47,437 bases of DNA from Paludibacteraceae bacterium (GCA_035402725.1 DAONDU010000001.1:1-47437); one strand, 5' to 3'. Positions 29,436 through 39,009 are shown, numbered from the stretch's first letter. The notes: generated by a model from the letters alone, not told the origin. Program-made: numbers and translations.

Positions 29436-29474
29436 GTATGTTATTCTGAATTATCTGAACTTAAAATCTTCTTT

Positions 29475-30494
29475 TTATCTGATCAGGAAACCGAATTTAT
29501 CTACATTTTTCAGTGCAATTCCGGTACCCCGCGCTACAGCGTGCAAAGGATCATCTGCAATGTGAAATTGTATATTCAGTTTATCTGTCAGACGCTTGTC
29601 CAGTCCGCGAAGTAAAGCACCACCACCGGCAAGGTAAATTCCCTTCTGAACAATATCCGCATATAATTCCGGTGGTGTTTGTTCCAGAGCGCTCAGCACT
29701 GCTGCTTCAATTTTCGATATTGATTTTTCAAGGCAGTGTGCAATTTCCTGATAGGAAACCGGCACTTCCATAGGTAATGCAGTCATACGGTTTGGTCCGC
29801 GTACAATATAATCTTCCGGAGCATCTTCAAGATCGGTCAATGCCGCACCCACATTAATTTTAATCATCTCTGCTGTACGTTCTCCCACTTTGATATTGTG
29901 CATACGTCCCATATATTCCATGATATCTGCTGTTAAATCATCTCCGGCTATTCGGATTGATTTATTGGAAACTATACCTCCCAGCGAAATAACAGCAATT
30001 TCTGTAGTACCTCCTCCAATATCCACAATCATACAACCTGTAGGAGCTTCAACATCGATACCTATACCGATGGCAGCCGCCATGGGTTCGTAAATCATAT
30101 AAACATCGCGTCCGCCGGCATGCTCCGAAGAGTCACGTACGGCACGTATTTCAACTTCGGTACTTCCGGAAGGAATACATACCACCATCCTGAGAGTGGG
30201 AGAAAACAAATGATTTTTTGAAGGTATCATCTTTATCATACCGCGTATCATCAGCTCGGCTGCAAAGAAGTCGGCAATTACACCGTCGCGTAAAGGACGA
30301 ACAGTGCGAATTCCTTCATTCTCTTTTCCCTGCATCTGACGTGCTTTCTCGCCAATGGCAATCAACTTATCGGTACGTTTGTCTAATGCAACCACAGAGG
30401 GTTCATCGACTACTATTTTATCATCGTGAATGATTATCGTATTAGCAGTTCCTAAGTCAATGGCTATTTCCTGCGTAAATGAAAAAAGTCCCAT
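29475..30494 (-). CDS. mreB: Actin-like rod shape-determining protein MreB
   Basis: IAIDLGTANT, VVCIPSG.TEVE, DIGGGTTE and LAGGGALLRGLD. Confidence 0.95.
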   Translation of the reverse strand: MGLFSFTQEIAIDLGTANTIIIHDDKIVVDEPSVVALDKRTDKLIAIGEKARQMQGKENEGIRTVRPLRDGVIADFFAAELMIRGMIKMIPSKNHLFSPTLRMVVCIPSGSTEVEIRAVRDSSEHAGGRDVYMIYEPMAAAIGIGIDVEAPTGCMIVDIGGGTTEIAVISLGGIVSNKSIRIAGDDLTADIMEYMGRMHNIKVGERTAEMIKINVGAALTDLEDAPEDYIVRGPNRMTALPMEVPVSYQEIAHCLEKSISKIEAAVLSALEQTPPELYADIVQKGIYLAGGGALLRGLDKRLTDKLNIQFHIADDPLHAVARGTGIALKNVDKFGFLIR

Positions 30495-30515
30495 ATATTT
30501 TTTTTTAGCTATATC

Positions 30516-32036
30516 TTAATGTTTAAAATGTCTGTAACCGGTAGTAACCATCGACAATCCTTTTTTGTTGCACATTTCTATGCTTTCATCATCACGAACA
30601 GAACCTCCGGGCTGAATAACAGCATTAATTCCTGCTTCAGCAGCAATTTCCACACAGTCGGAAAATGGGAAGAAAGCATCCGAGGCCATCACAGCACCTT
30701 CCAGGTCAAACTCGAACGTTTTGGCTTTTTCAATAGCCTGTTTAAGTGCATCTACACGCGAAGTCTGCCCTACTCCACTAGCTATCAGCTGTTTTCCTTT
30801 TGCCAGAACAATTGCATTTGATTTTGAATGTTTTACAATTCTATTTGCAAAAATCATGTCCTCAATTTCTTCTGCCGTAGGTTCTTTTTCGGTTACCACT
30901 TTAAGATCTCCTGAAGCTTCTGTATGTAAATCCTTATCCTGTACGAGTACTCCATTCAGAACTGAACGAAACTGTTTTTTCGGCACTTTATTATTGAGCA
31001 AAACAAGGATTATCCTGTTTTTCTTTTGAGTGAGTATTTGCAGGGCGTCCAGATCGTAATCCGGAGCTATAATGACTTCCAGGAACAATTTATTGATTTC
31101 TTCAGCCGTTTCCTTATCAACGATTGCATTGGTAATAAGAACGCCTCCAAACGCTGAAACCGGATCACCGGCAAGAGCTGCTTCCCAGGCTTCTTTTAAG
31201 TTGGGACGTGAGGCTAACCCACAAGCATTGTTATGTTTCAGAATGGCAAATGTAATATCTTCAAAATCATTTATCAGGCTGACAGCCGCATCAATGTCAA
31301 GCAAGTTATTGTAGGATATTTCCTTACCATGCAGTTGCTCAAACATATCATCAAATTGCCCGAAAAAGTAACCGCTCTGATGAGGATTTTCGCCATAACG
31401 GAGGGATTTTGATCCATTGGCACTCATCCGGAATGCGCTGGCATTGTCTCCGTCGAAATAGTTGAATATAGCCGAATCGTAATGCGATGAAACACCAAAT
31501 GCTTCCTTGGCAAACCACCGGCGTTCTTCGAGTGTGGTGCTTGCACCATTCTGATTTATTAATTCCAAAAACGGAACATATTGTGCTTCGGAGGCAAGTA
31601 TAACCACATCTTTATAGTTTTTAGCAGCAGCACGTATAAGTGATATTCCTCCAATATCAATTTTTTCAATGGAAGTGGCTTCATCAGCTCCGGCTGCTAC
31701 TGTGGCTTCGAACGGATATAAATCAACGATTACCAGATCAATCTCCGGGATTTCGAATTGTTCCAACTGTGCCAGATCCTGCTCCATGTCGCGCCGGGCA
31801 AGTATTCCTCCAAATACTTTCGGATGAAGGGTTTTCACTCTTCCACCTAGAATAGACGGATAGCTGGTCAGATCTTCAACGGTATCGCAAGGAATTCCAA
31901 GCGATTCAATAAACGATTTTGTTCCTCCGGTAGATACAAAACTTACCCCTTCAGCATACAGTTTCTTAATAATTTCATCTAATTTATCTTTATGATAAAC
32001 TGAAATTAATGCCCGTTTGATTTTTTTATTTTCCAT
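30516..32036 (-). CDS. purH: Bifunctional AICAR transformylase / IMP cyclohydrolase
   Basis: ALISVYHKD, GRVKTLHP, C-terminus TGYRHFKH. 506 aa. Confidence 0.95.
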   Translation of the reverse strand: MENKKIKRALISVYHKDKLDEIIKKLYAEGVSFVSTGGTKSFIESLGIPCDTVEDLTSYPSILGGRVKTLHPKVFGGILARRDMEQDLAQLEQFEIPEIDLVIVDLYPFEATVAAGADEATSIEKIDIGGISLIRAAAKNYKDVVILASEAQYVPFLELINQNGASTTLEERRWFAKEAFGVSSHYDSAIFNYFDGDNASAFRMSANGSKSLRYGENPHQSGYFFGQFDDMFEQLHGKEISYNNLLDIDAAVSLINDFEDITFAILKHNNACGLASRPNLKEAWEAALAGDPVSAFGGVLITNAIVDKETAEEINKLFLEVIIAPDYDLDALQILTQKKNRIILVLLNNKVPKKQFRSVLNGVLVQDKDLHTEASGDLKVVTEKEPTAEEIEDMIFANRIVKHSKSNAIVLAKGKQLIASGVGQTSRVDALKQAIEKAKTFEFDLEGAVMASDAFFPFSDCVEIAAEAGINAVIQPGGSVRDDESIEMCNKKGLSMVTTGYRHFKH

Positions 32037-32066
32037 TCAGCGTTAATAGTGTGGTTTTGGGGATGC

Positions 32067-32074
32067 AAATCTAC
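32067..32074 (-). promoter_or_regulatory. -7 promoter box (TAnnTTTG on minus strand) for purH-mre operon
   Basis: The plus strand reads CAAATCTA, which is TAGATTTG on the minus strand. It lies 31 bp upstream of the purH ATG (32036). Confidence 0.5.
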
Positions 32075-32348
32075 GAAAAATCATTGAGTTAGCAATTCTT
32101 TTTGGCTGTTTTAAGCTATTTTTTGAGAGTCTCTATTTGCGAACTCTTTCAAGATTCAAATTCTTGCTTTTCAATGAAATCTTTTCTTCGGTTTGCTATT
32201 TTGTCAATTTTAATTTTTTATTATTCAAATTTCTGTTACTCTGTCGAAAATCTGTGACTTGAAGTAAACTTTTCCACAAAATAGTTCGATTTTTACATAC
32301 TAAAATATACTAAGAGATAAGTTTTGCCATCACAACCCGGGTATCTTA

Positions 32349-33344
32349 TCAAAAAGGTTTGAAACCGATAATTTCTCGCACTTCCCGTATGGTTTTGCGG
32401 GCACTTTCCTGTGCTTTTTCTTTTCCTATCTGCGCTACCTTATTCAGATAAATTTCATCACTTGCAATTTCCAGTATTCGTTCCCTTATAGGATTGACAA
32501 AAGCGATCATATCTTCAGCCAGCTGTTTTTTCAGATCACCATACCGAATCTGACATGTGCTGTACTGTTCGCGGAAAAATTCAAGCGTTTCGGGTTTTGA
32601 AACTACATGCATCAACTGGAACAGATTGGCAACAGGTTCTGAAACAGGCTGATTGGGTTCCGTAGGTCCGGCATCAGTAACTGCACGTTTCACCTTTTTG
32701 AGGATCACTTCAGGTGTATCGGTGAGGAAAATGGTGCTGTCCTCTCCTTCTGATTTTCCCATTTTTCCGGACCCGTTGAGTGCCGGGATTTTCACCAGTT
32801 CTTTACCGAAATTAAATGCCTGAGGTTCGGGGAAATACTCATGATTGTACATCCTGTTGAAACGATTTCCAAACGTACGTGCCATTTCCAGGTGTTGTTC
32901 CTGATCTTTTCCCACAGGGACAAAATCTGCTTTGTGTATAAGTATGTCGGCAGCCATAAGTGTCGGATAAGTCAGAAGTCCTGCATTTACATTCTGGGGC
33001 TGTTGACGGATTTTATCTTTGAATGAAGTGCAACGTTCCAGTTCCCCGACATAAGCATTCATATTGAGAAATAAATAGAGCTCAATTACTTCAGGAACAT
33101 CACTTTGGATATATAACGTGGCCTTTTCCGGATCAAGACCTGCAGCCAGGTATTGCGCAAGTACACTTTTTACATTTCCCTGAATGTTCTGGGGAGTTGG
33201 GTGTGTTGTAAGTGAATGATAATCTGCTATGAAGAAAAAGCAGTTGTACTCATTCTGCATGCTGACAAAATTGCTTAAAGCTCCAAAATAATTTCCCAAA
33301 TGTAAATTTCCGGTGGGACGGATTCCGCTTAAAACTGTTTTCAT
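32349..33344 (-). CDS. trpS: Tryptophan--tRNA ligase
   Basis: Class I HIGH-type motif (PTGNLHLGNY) and KMSKS-type motif (KMGKS). 331 aa. Confidence 0.95.
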   Translation of the reverse strand: MKTVLSGIRPTGNLHLGNYFGALSNFVSMQNEYNCFFFIADYHSLTTHPTPQNIQGNVKSVLAQYLAAGLDPEKATLYIQSDVPEVIELYLFLNMNAYVGELERCTSFKDKIRQQPQNVNAGLLTYPTLMAADILIHKADFVPVGKDQEQHLEMARTFGNRFNRMYNHEYFPEPQAFNFGKELVKIPALNGSGKMGKSEGEDSTIFLTDTPEVILKKVKRAVTDAGPTEPNQPVSEPVANLFQLMHVVSKPETLEFFREQYSTCQIRYGDLKKQLAEDMIAFVNPIRERILEIASDEIYLNKVAQIGKEKAQESARKTIREVREIIGFKPF

Positions 33345-33441
33345 TTTGTAAAATTTTCTGCCTTCTATTTTATTCTTTTGTAGTTTGATAGGTTTTTTCA
33401 GGCAAATATGGTAATGAATTCTTCTTTCCTAATTCTGTGTG

Positions 33442-33449
33442 CAAAGTTA
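33442..33449 (-). promoter_or_regulatory. -7 promoter box (TAnnTTTG on minus strand)
   Basis: The plus strand reads CAAAGTTA, which is TAACTTTG on the minus strand. It lies 98 bp upstream of the trpS ATG. Confidence 0.35.
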
Positions 33450-33513
33450 ATCATTTTAATGCAAAAAGCCACTTAGTGTGATAAGCGGCTTTAGTATTAT
33501 TGATTTAATTCTT

Positions 33514-33969
33514 TTATTCTATCGGGATCGTACGTTTAATTCGCTGGTCCAGCGAAGTAAGGGTTTCAGTAGTAGCCACACCGGGTATTTCCTGAAGTTT
33601 GCCGTTGAGCAGTTCCATCAGATGTTCATCATTTTTGGCATACATTTTTATCAGGATAGTATAAGCTCCAAGTGTATATTGCGATTCTACGACTTCTGGA
33701 ATTTTTTCCAGTTCAGCTACCACGTCTTTATACATCGAAGCTCTTTCGAGCGTTATACCTATGTAAACACAAATCTGAAAACCAAGCATTTTGGGATTTA
33801 CAGAATATCCCGACCCGGTAATTACGCCCATATCTATAAGACGTTGCACCCGCTGATGAATAGCTGCCCTGGACACTTCACATTCTTCCGCAACATCCTT
33901 AAAAGGTTTACGGGCATTTTGGGAAATAATCCGCAAAATCTTACGGTCTAATTTATCTATTTTTTCCAT
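33514..33969 (-). CDS. Lrp/AsnC-family transcriptional regulator
   Basis: MEKIDKLDRKILRIISQNARKPFKDVAEECEVSRAAIHQRVQRL is a winged HTH, followed by an AsnC ligand domain. The start at 33969 is favoured over 33987 because of the -7 box at 33996. Confidence 0.9.
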   Translation of the reverse strand: MEKIDKLDRKILRIISQNARKPFKDVAEECEVSRAAIHQRVQRLIDMGVITGSGYSVNPKMLGFQICVYIGITLERASMYKDVVAELEKIPEVVESQYTLGAYTILIKMYAKNDEHLMELLNGKLQEIPGVATTETLTSLDQRIKRTIPIE

Positions 33970-33995
33970 AAAACTAATGATTAGCATTTTGCCAA

Positions 33996-34003
33996 CAAAT
34001 ATA
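33996..34003 (-). promoter_or_regulatory. -7 promoter box (TAnnTTTG on minus strand)
   Basis: The plus strand reads CAAATATA, which is TATATTTG on the minus strand. It lies 27 bp upstream of the ATG at 33969. Confidence 0.45.
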
Positions 34004-34096
34004 TATAATTTTTGTTATAATCAAAACATATTTACAATAAAAACACATATTTCAATAAATTATTTTGTAAAAAATGCGTTTTCGATATATTTATGT

Positions 34097-34138
34097 AAAA
34101 AAAAGCAACCGGACAAAAAATGTCCGGTTGCTTTTTTT
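34097..34138 (-). terminator. Intrinsic terminator (bidirectional geometry) after the FKBP gene array
   Basis: Perfect 11-bp stem GCAACCGGACA (34105-34115) / TGTCCGGTTGC (34121-34131) with loop AAAAA. Flanked by A8 (34097-34104) and T7 (34132-34138). Confidence 0.8.
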
Positions 34139-34154
34139 ATTTATTGCTTAACGC

Positions 34155-35024
34155 TTATTTCTCAATCGAAAGAAGTTCTACTTCAAAAATAAGCATGCTG
34201 AGTGGTTCAATACCCCTTGCACCTTTTGAACCATAAGCAAGATTCTGAGGTACATAGAATTTATATTTTGATCCAACCGGCATCAACTGAAGACCTTCAG
34301 TCCATCCCGGAATAACCTGATTAACTGCAAACATAGCAGGTTCGTTTCTTTTAATTGAACTGTCAAATTCAGTACCATCGAGCAGTGTACCCACATAATG
34401 AACTTTTACCTGATCGGTAGCTGTTGGCATCGGGCCTGTTCCTTTTTTAATCACTTCGTATTGAAGACCGCTTGCGGTAGTAACAACGCCGGGTTTTTTG
34501 CCATTTTCAGCTAAAAATTTATCCTGTGCTTCCACGTTTTTACCGAATTGTTTCATCATGATTTTTTCCTGACGGGCATTCATTACCTTGTTGATATATT
34601 CATTGGCTTCTTGAGGTGTCATCTGAATTTTAGATTTATTCAATCCGTTGATCAAACCTTGTTTGAATAAATTAAAGTTGACTTTCAGGGTAGAATCTCC
34701 CAGGAAACCGGCAGTCTTTTGTTGTTTCAACCATTCGCCATACTGATTTGCAGCTGCAGATAAACCCGGTTTTGCATCCGGTTCGCCTTTAGCTCCTTCA
34801 GCCAGACCTTTCATAAAGGTTTTTGTTTTTTGCTCAACAGAGTCTTTGTTAAACATGTTGGTTTTAAGGTCATTACCAAAAGCCAAGCCATAAGTATAAT
34901 TCAAACTGTCAATCTGTGATGCTAACTTTGGATCTTTTGTACTGCCACTTTTACCTCCGTTACAAGCTGTCAGCAGTGTGATAGCAACAATTGCTACTGC
35001 GAAAAATATATTTTGTTTTTTCAT
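34155..35024 (-). CDS. FKBP-type peptidyl-prolyl isomerase lipoprotein (FkpA/Mip-like, long N-terminal domain)
   Basis: Lipobox LLTAC. C-terminal FKBP domain [16 protein letters not shown]...[27 protein letters not shown]. Confidence 0.9.
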   Translation of the reverse strand: MKKQNIFFAVAIVAITLLTACNGGKSGSTKDPKLASQIDSLNYTYGLAFGNDLKTNMFNKDSVEQKTKTFMKGLAEGAKGEPDAKPGLSAAANQYGEWLKQQKTAGFLGDSTLKVNFNLFKQGLINGLNKSKIQMTPQEANEYINKVMNARQEKIMMKQFGKNVEAQDKFLAENGKKPGVVTTASGLQYEVIKKGTGPMPTATDQVKVHYVGTLLDGTEFDSSIKRNEPAMFAVNQVIPGWTEGLQLMPVGSKYKFYVPQNLAYGSKGARGIEPLSMLIFEVELLSIEK

Positions 35025-35053
35025 TTTTTTAATTATTAATTATTGATGAATGA

Positions 35054-35563
35054 TTACTTTTTGATGGTGTCAGCGGGTGCAGGAGCTGAAGCAGGTGCAG
35101 ATTTCATCATTTTTTCATTTTGAATTTTCTGCATGGTATTCTGGAAATAAACCATCGCTTGTGGGCCAGTCATACCGGTAGTATCACCATTAATTCCTTT
35201 AACAAGACCTTTTTTGAATAAATCCTGGTTAAATTTCAAAGTAGAATCACCAATGAGTCCCACTTTATTTTGTTCTTTCATCATATTTCCGATTTGGAAG
35301 CCGGTTTTGTAAACCTGATCAGTGTTTTCGTCACTATAGACTTTTTCAATCTTTTCAACCAAAGCAGCAATAGTTTTTTCGGACGAATCATTTTGAAGTG
35401 CATTCATTCGGAGTTCTTCACTGATGGCCAGACCCAACGCATAATTTAAACTGTCTTCCTGAGTTGATAAATTAGCTTTCTTTGCTTTATAATTGCTTCC
35501 ACATGAAGCAAGGCCCAAAATGGCAGCAATAAGTGCCATTGTCAGAAAATTTTGTTTTTTCAT
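35054..35563 (-). CDS. FKBP N-terminal-domain-only lipoprotein (no isomerase domain)
   Basis: Lipobox LGLASC. It aligns by eye with the first ~165 aa of the 34155-35024 product (MKKQN, DSLNY.LGLA, GDSTLK.N..LFK.GL, KMMK). It ends in a low-complexity tail SAPASAPAPADTIKK with no VHY/GW motifs. Confidence 0.75.
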   Translation of the reverse strand: MKKQNFLTMALIAAILGLASCGSNYKAKKANLSTQEDSLNYALGLAISEELRMNALQNDSSEKTIAALVEKIEKVYSDENTDQVYKTGFQIGNMMKEQNKVGLIGDSTLKFNQDLFKKGLVKGINGDTTGMTGPQAMVYFQNTMQKIQNEKMMKSAPASAPAPADTIKK

Positions 35564-35585
35564 TTTTTTATTAATTATTTATTAA

Positions 35586-36386
35586 TTATTTCTTTTTTAT
35601 TGACTTTTTTGCAGGTGTTTTTGTTTCGGCAGTTGATTTTACTTCTTCTACAACTGGTGCTGGCTGTTCTTTTATTATATCGAGTAGCTCAACTTCGAAA
35701 GTAAGTGGTGAAAAAGGCGGAATTCCTGCCTGAGACACGCCCTGTTCTCCATAAGCAAGGTTGTAAGGTATGAAGAATTTATATTTCGAACCTACCGGCA
35801 TCAGCTGAACACCCTCAGTCCATCCGGGAATAACCTGATTAAGCTGGAATTCAACCGGTTCGCCACGTTCAACCGAACTGTCAAATACTTTTCCATCCAT
35901 CAGTGTTCCGGTGTAGTGTACTTTAACTTTGTCAGTTGACTGAGGTTTTGCTCCTTCTGCCGATTTGAGAATTATATACTGAAGTCCGCTGGATGTTACC
36001 TGTACTCCTTCTTTTAATTTATTGTCAGCTAAAAACTTTTCTCCTTCTGCTTTAACCAGGTCGTTTTGTTTGTTTTGAGCTTTAGTCAGATAATCGCGAA
36101 AATAGGTTTGCGCCACATCCTTCGACAGAAGGGTAGAATCTCCTTTCATAGCCGTTGCAAAACCTTTAATAAGCAGGTCGATATTTGATTTTCCACCGGG
36201 AATGGTTTTAATATTCTGGGCAAAATCTTTTCCGACATTTACTCCTAAGGCGTAACTCATCGAGTCAACATCGTTCGTAAGAATGTTTACCGGAGCAACC
36301 GGTACAACCGGAGTTTCCACTTTTTTTACAGAAGAACAGCCAACCAGCAATAAGGCTGCCAAAGGTAGTATTGAAATCTTTTTCAT
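35586..36386 (-). CDS. FKBP-type peptidyl-prolyl isomerase lipoprotein with Lys-rich C-terminal tail
   Basis: Start at MKKISILPLAALLLVGC (lipobox). VHYTGTLMDGKVFDSS...[27 protein letters not shown], with tail TKTPAKKSIKKK. Confidence 0.9.
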   Translation of the reverse strand: MKKISILPLAALLLVGCSSVKKVETPVVPVAPVNILTNDVDSMSYALGVNVGKDFAQNIKTIPGGKSNIDLLIKGFATAMKGDSTLLSKDVAQTYFRDYLTKAQNKQNDLVKAEGEKFLADNKLKEGVQVTSSGLQYIILKSAEGAKPQSTDKVKVHYTGTLMDGKVFDSSVERGEPVEFQLNQVIPGWTEGVQLMPVGSKYKFFIPYNLAYGEQGVSQAGIPPFSPLTFEVELLDIIKEQPAPVVEEVKSTAETKTPAKKSIKKK

Positions 36387-36423
36387 TGGGATAGTTGAAT
36401 ATATACGATTGATAATTAGTTGT

Positions 36424-37011
36424 TTACTTCTCAATACCCAGCAATTCTACCTCGAATACCAATGTAGTGTGAGGTCCGATATGCTGACCAGCTCCCTGAG
36501 CACCATACGCAAGGTTGGAAGGTATATACAATTTCCATTTTGAACCGACAGGCATCAGTTGCAGTGCTTCCACCCAACCGGTAATTACCTGAGTAACTCC
36601 AAAGGTAGCCGGTTCGCCCCGGCGAACGGAACTGTCGAAAACAGTGCCATCAATCAATGTTCCGTGATAATGAACATTTACTGTATTATTTGCAGTAGGT
36701 ACAGAGCCATTCCCTTCTTTAATGATTTCATATTGTAATCCGCTTTTCAGCGTAATTACTTCGGAACGTTTGCCGTTTTCTTCAAGAAAAGCCTTTCCTT
36801 CTGCAATCGTTTTTTCGCTTAATTTAGCCTGCAAATTTTGAAAATATTCGTTTATTACGTTTTGAGCTTCCTGATATGAAATCTCCGGTTGGTTTTGTTC
36901 GAGCACATCCTGAACACCCTTGCTGAATTTTTCTACATTCAGCGCAGTAATTCCACTACTTAACAAATTATTACCCAAACTTAAACCAAGTGCATAACTT
37001 ACTTTATCCAT
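36424..37011 (-). CDS. FKBP-type peptidyl-prolyl isomerase without signal peptide (FklB-like)
   Basis: No N-terminal hydrophobic segment. VHYHGTLIDGTVFDSS...[27 protein letters not shown]. Confidence 0.9.
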   Translation of the reverse strand: MDKVSYALGLSLGNNLLSSGITALNVEKFSKGVQDVLEQNQPEISYQEAQNVINEYFQNLQAKLSEKTIAEGKAFLEENGKRSEVITLKSGLQYEIIKEGNGSVPTANNTVNVHYHGTLIDGTVFDSSVRRGEPATFGVTQVITGWVEALQLMPVGSKWKLYIPSNLAYGAQGAGQHIGPHTTLVFEVELLGIEK

Positions 37012-37049
37012 CTTTATTAAATCGTTAATTTTTATAGTTAAAACGAGTG

Positions 37050-37057
37050 CAAAGATA
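37050..37057 (-). promoter_or_regulatory. -7 promoter box (TAnnTTTG on minus strand) for the FKBP array
   Basis: The plus strand reads CAAAGATA, which is TATCTTTG on the minus strand. It lies 39 bp upstream of the ATG at 37011. Confidence 0.5.
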
Positions 37058-37098
37058 GATTATTTATTTCAATTATAGACTGTATAAAATTTCTATTT

Positions 37099-38889
37099 TT
37101 ACCGGGCTGAAACTACAACAGGAATTTTTTCTGTTTTTTTAACACCTGAATTTGCATTAATCAACTCAAAATAAATAATATAAATGCCAGGATTTACACT
37201 TTTTCCGTTGTCGGTTCGTCCATCCCAGGTAAAAAATCCATCCGTAGAAAGTAGTTGATTTGCTGCAACTTGACGTACTTTTACACCGACAGAATTTAAT
37301 ATCATGGCATTGGCTGTAAATCCATTTCCTTCGGTTATATAACGGATGAAACATACATCATCCATTCCGTCATTATCAGGAGTAAAACTTTCTGGATCTG
37401 TTCGCACCCACTTTTCGGTTGTTTTGGTTGATGAGATATCTCTGTATTGTGAATTTTTATAACCTGGTGTTCCATACTGAACCTCCGATGCAGCAGAGTG
37501 CCAGTTTCCTGCGTTTTGAGCTGGAAGTGAAGGATTGATTCGTTCCAGAGAAACTCCGGTGGTGATTCTTACCATCGGGTGATGCCACTTGACATCATAT
37601 TTCACTTCATCATAAATGGTGTCTCCTGTGGAATTGGTGATGAGCAAAGCTGCACTGCTATTGTTTAACGCCGACCATTTTGAGGAACTTAAAATTCTGG
37701 CAGTATCGGGTGCCTGATATCTGTTACGTATTGCATTTGCATCGGGCGTTAATGCCAGATACTGAAGTGGCAGTAACAGGGTTTTTGGTGGAAAATTATT
37801 GGCAGGTATGAATGAACCGTCGGTTTTACGTGTTCCAAAAAATACCTTGCTCACATCCAGCACTTTACCGGAATTGTTGAATATTTCAAAATACTCCGGA
37901 ACATCTTCAGCCGGTTCGAAAAGTATTTCATTGATAATCAAATCACCAACCTCAATAGGTTCAACCAGCCCGATTTGTTTCTGAGGATTTTCCAATGCAT
38001 TTCCGGAGATGTCTTTTACATTCAACGCTTCGACCACATATATTTTTCCCTTCTCAAAATTGTTGGTAAAAGTTAGTTCGACTGTGGTTTTATCAGCCGA
38101 AACTATTTGTTTGGAAGGACTTCCAATGCCATTATCAACCTGAAATTCAGTACTTGTAAAATCAATTGGCTCGGAGAAAGTGAGGATTAGTTTATCCGGC
38201 TGAATAAGCGACAGAGATGTCCAAACGGGAGGAGTTACATCAATCAGTTTCTCACCGGCAACGGATATATCATCAAAGAAATAGGCATTTCCGGTGGTAG
38301 AAGAGTTGGAATACAACAGTGAAAAATATTTACTTCCCTGTATTTTATTATCCACAACTTCTTCTCCTTCTGTCACATAATCATTGTCTGATGACAATTT
38401 ACGATAAAGGGTGAATTTTCCGGATTTGTCACGGGTAACTTTCACCCGTACTTCAACCGGATTTGCATCTATCAACTTATCTGTACCGTCTATGATTTTA
38501 GTCTTCGTTGTTCCTTCCTGTCTGTAAAGCGAAATTTCGTCGTTGGTATTCCCTATCTGAACATAGTATCCGTAACATTCGGTAGTCACATCAGCACGAT
38601 CGGAAATCAGGTAAACCGAAGCATAATTGGATGAAGAGGTTGTATAGGCTATTTTGACCCAAAATTCCCAGGTTGCATCTTCAAAAGCCTCCGACTGGGT
38701 TGAAAGATAAGATTTTGAGGTAGCTGCCGCCTGAGACTGAAGCTGATTTTCTGAATTTACCCTGAAATTTTGAACAGTCCCTGTCCAAACAGGATTTTCA
38801 GTGAAATTACCATCCGAAAAAGTTTCATTTATCTGCGAAAAGGCAAAAAAAGGCAACAGAATTATTAAAATTATCAACGATTTCTTCAT
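37099..38889 (-). CDS. Secreted lamin-tail-domain protein with T9SS type-B-like C-terminal sorting domain
   Basis: Signal peptide MKKSLIILIILLPFFAFSQ. LTD-like segment LIINEILFEP..EYFEIFNNSGKVLDV. The C-terminus FTPDNDGMDDVCF...WDGRTDNGKSVNPGIYIIYFEL...IPVVVSAR resembles the gliding-motility/CHU_C type B CTD. Confidence 0.65.
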   Translation of the reverse strand: MKKSLIILIILLPFFAFSQINETFSDGNFTENPVWTGTVQNFRVNSENQLQSQAAATSKSYLSTQSEAFEDATWEFWVKIAYTTSSSNYASVYLISDRADVTTECYGYYVQIGNTNDEISLYRQEGTTKTKIIDGTDKLIDANPVEVRVKVTRDKSGKFTLYRKLSSDNDYVTEGEEVVDNKIQGSKYFSLLYSNSSTTGNAYFFDDISVAGEKLIDVTPPVWTSLSLIQPDKLILTFSEPIDFTSTEFQVDNGIGSPSKQIVSADKTTVELTFTNNFEKGKIYVVEALNVKDISGNALENPQKQIGLVEPIEVGDLIINEILFEPAEDVPEYFEIFNNSGKVLDVSKVFFGTRKTDGSFIPANNFPPKTLLLPLQYLALTPDANAIRNRYQAPDTARILSSSKWSALNNSSAALLITNSTGDTIYDEVKYDVKWHHPMVRITTGVSLERINPSLPAQNAGNWHSAASEVQYGTPGYKNSQYRDISSTKTTEKWVRTDPESFTPDNDGMDDVCFIRYITEGNGFTANAMILNSVGVKVRQVAANQLLSTDGFFTWDGRTDNGKSVNPGIYIIYFELINANSGVKKTEKIPVVVSAR

Positions 38890-38917
38890 AAAATGCAGTA
38901 AATTAGTTGAAATGAAT

Positions 38918-38925
38918 TAATTTTG
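38918..38925 (+). promoter_or_regulatory. Possible -7 promoter box (TAnnTTTG) for asd
   Basis: TAATTTTG lies 85 bp upstream of the asd ATG, which is rather far. Confidence 0.3.
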
Positions 38926-38957
38926 CAGAAATTTTGACAGGGAAAACAATAAGAAGA

Positions 38958-38965
38958 CAAATATA
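38958..38965 (-). promoter_or_regulatory. Possible -7 promoter box (minus strand) for the LTD protein gene
   Basis: The plus strand reads CAAATATA, which is TATATTTG on the minus strand. It lies 69 bp upstream of the ATG at 38889. Confidence 0.35.
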
Positions 38966-39009
38966 GTTATAATTTTAAATTAGAAGAAATTACATAAAAA
39001 TATAAAAGT

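Noticed and set aside
32037-32348. ZTP (pfl) riboswitch upstream of purH, or an oriC in this spacer.
   Set aside because: I could not find the conserved ZTP elements (GGGUCGUGA..CUGGCG / CCGCCUGGGC) on the transcribed strand. Only one DnaA-box-like 9-mer is present, which is too few for an origin.
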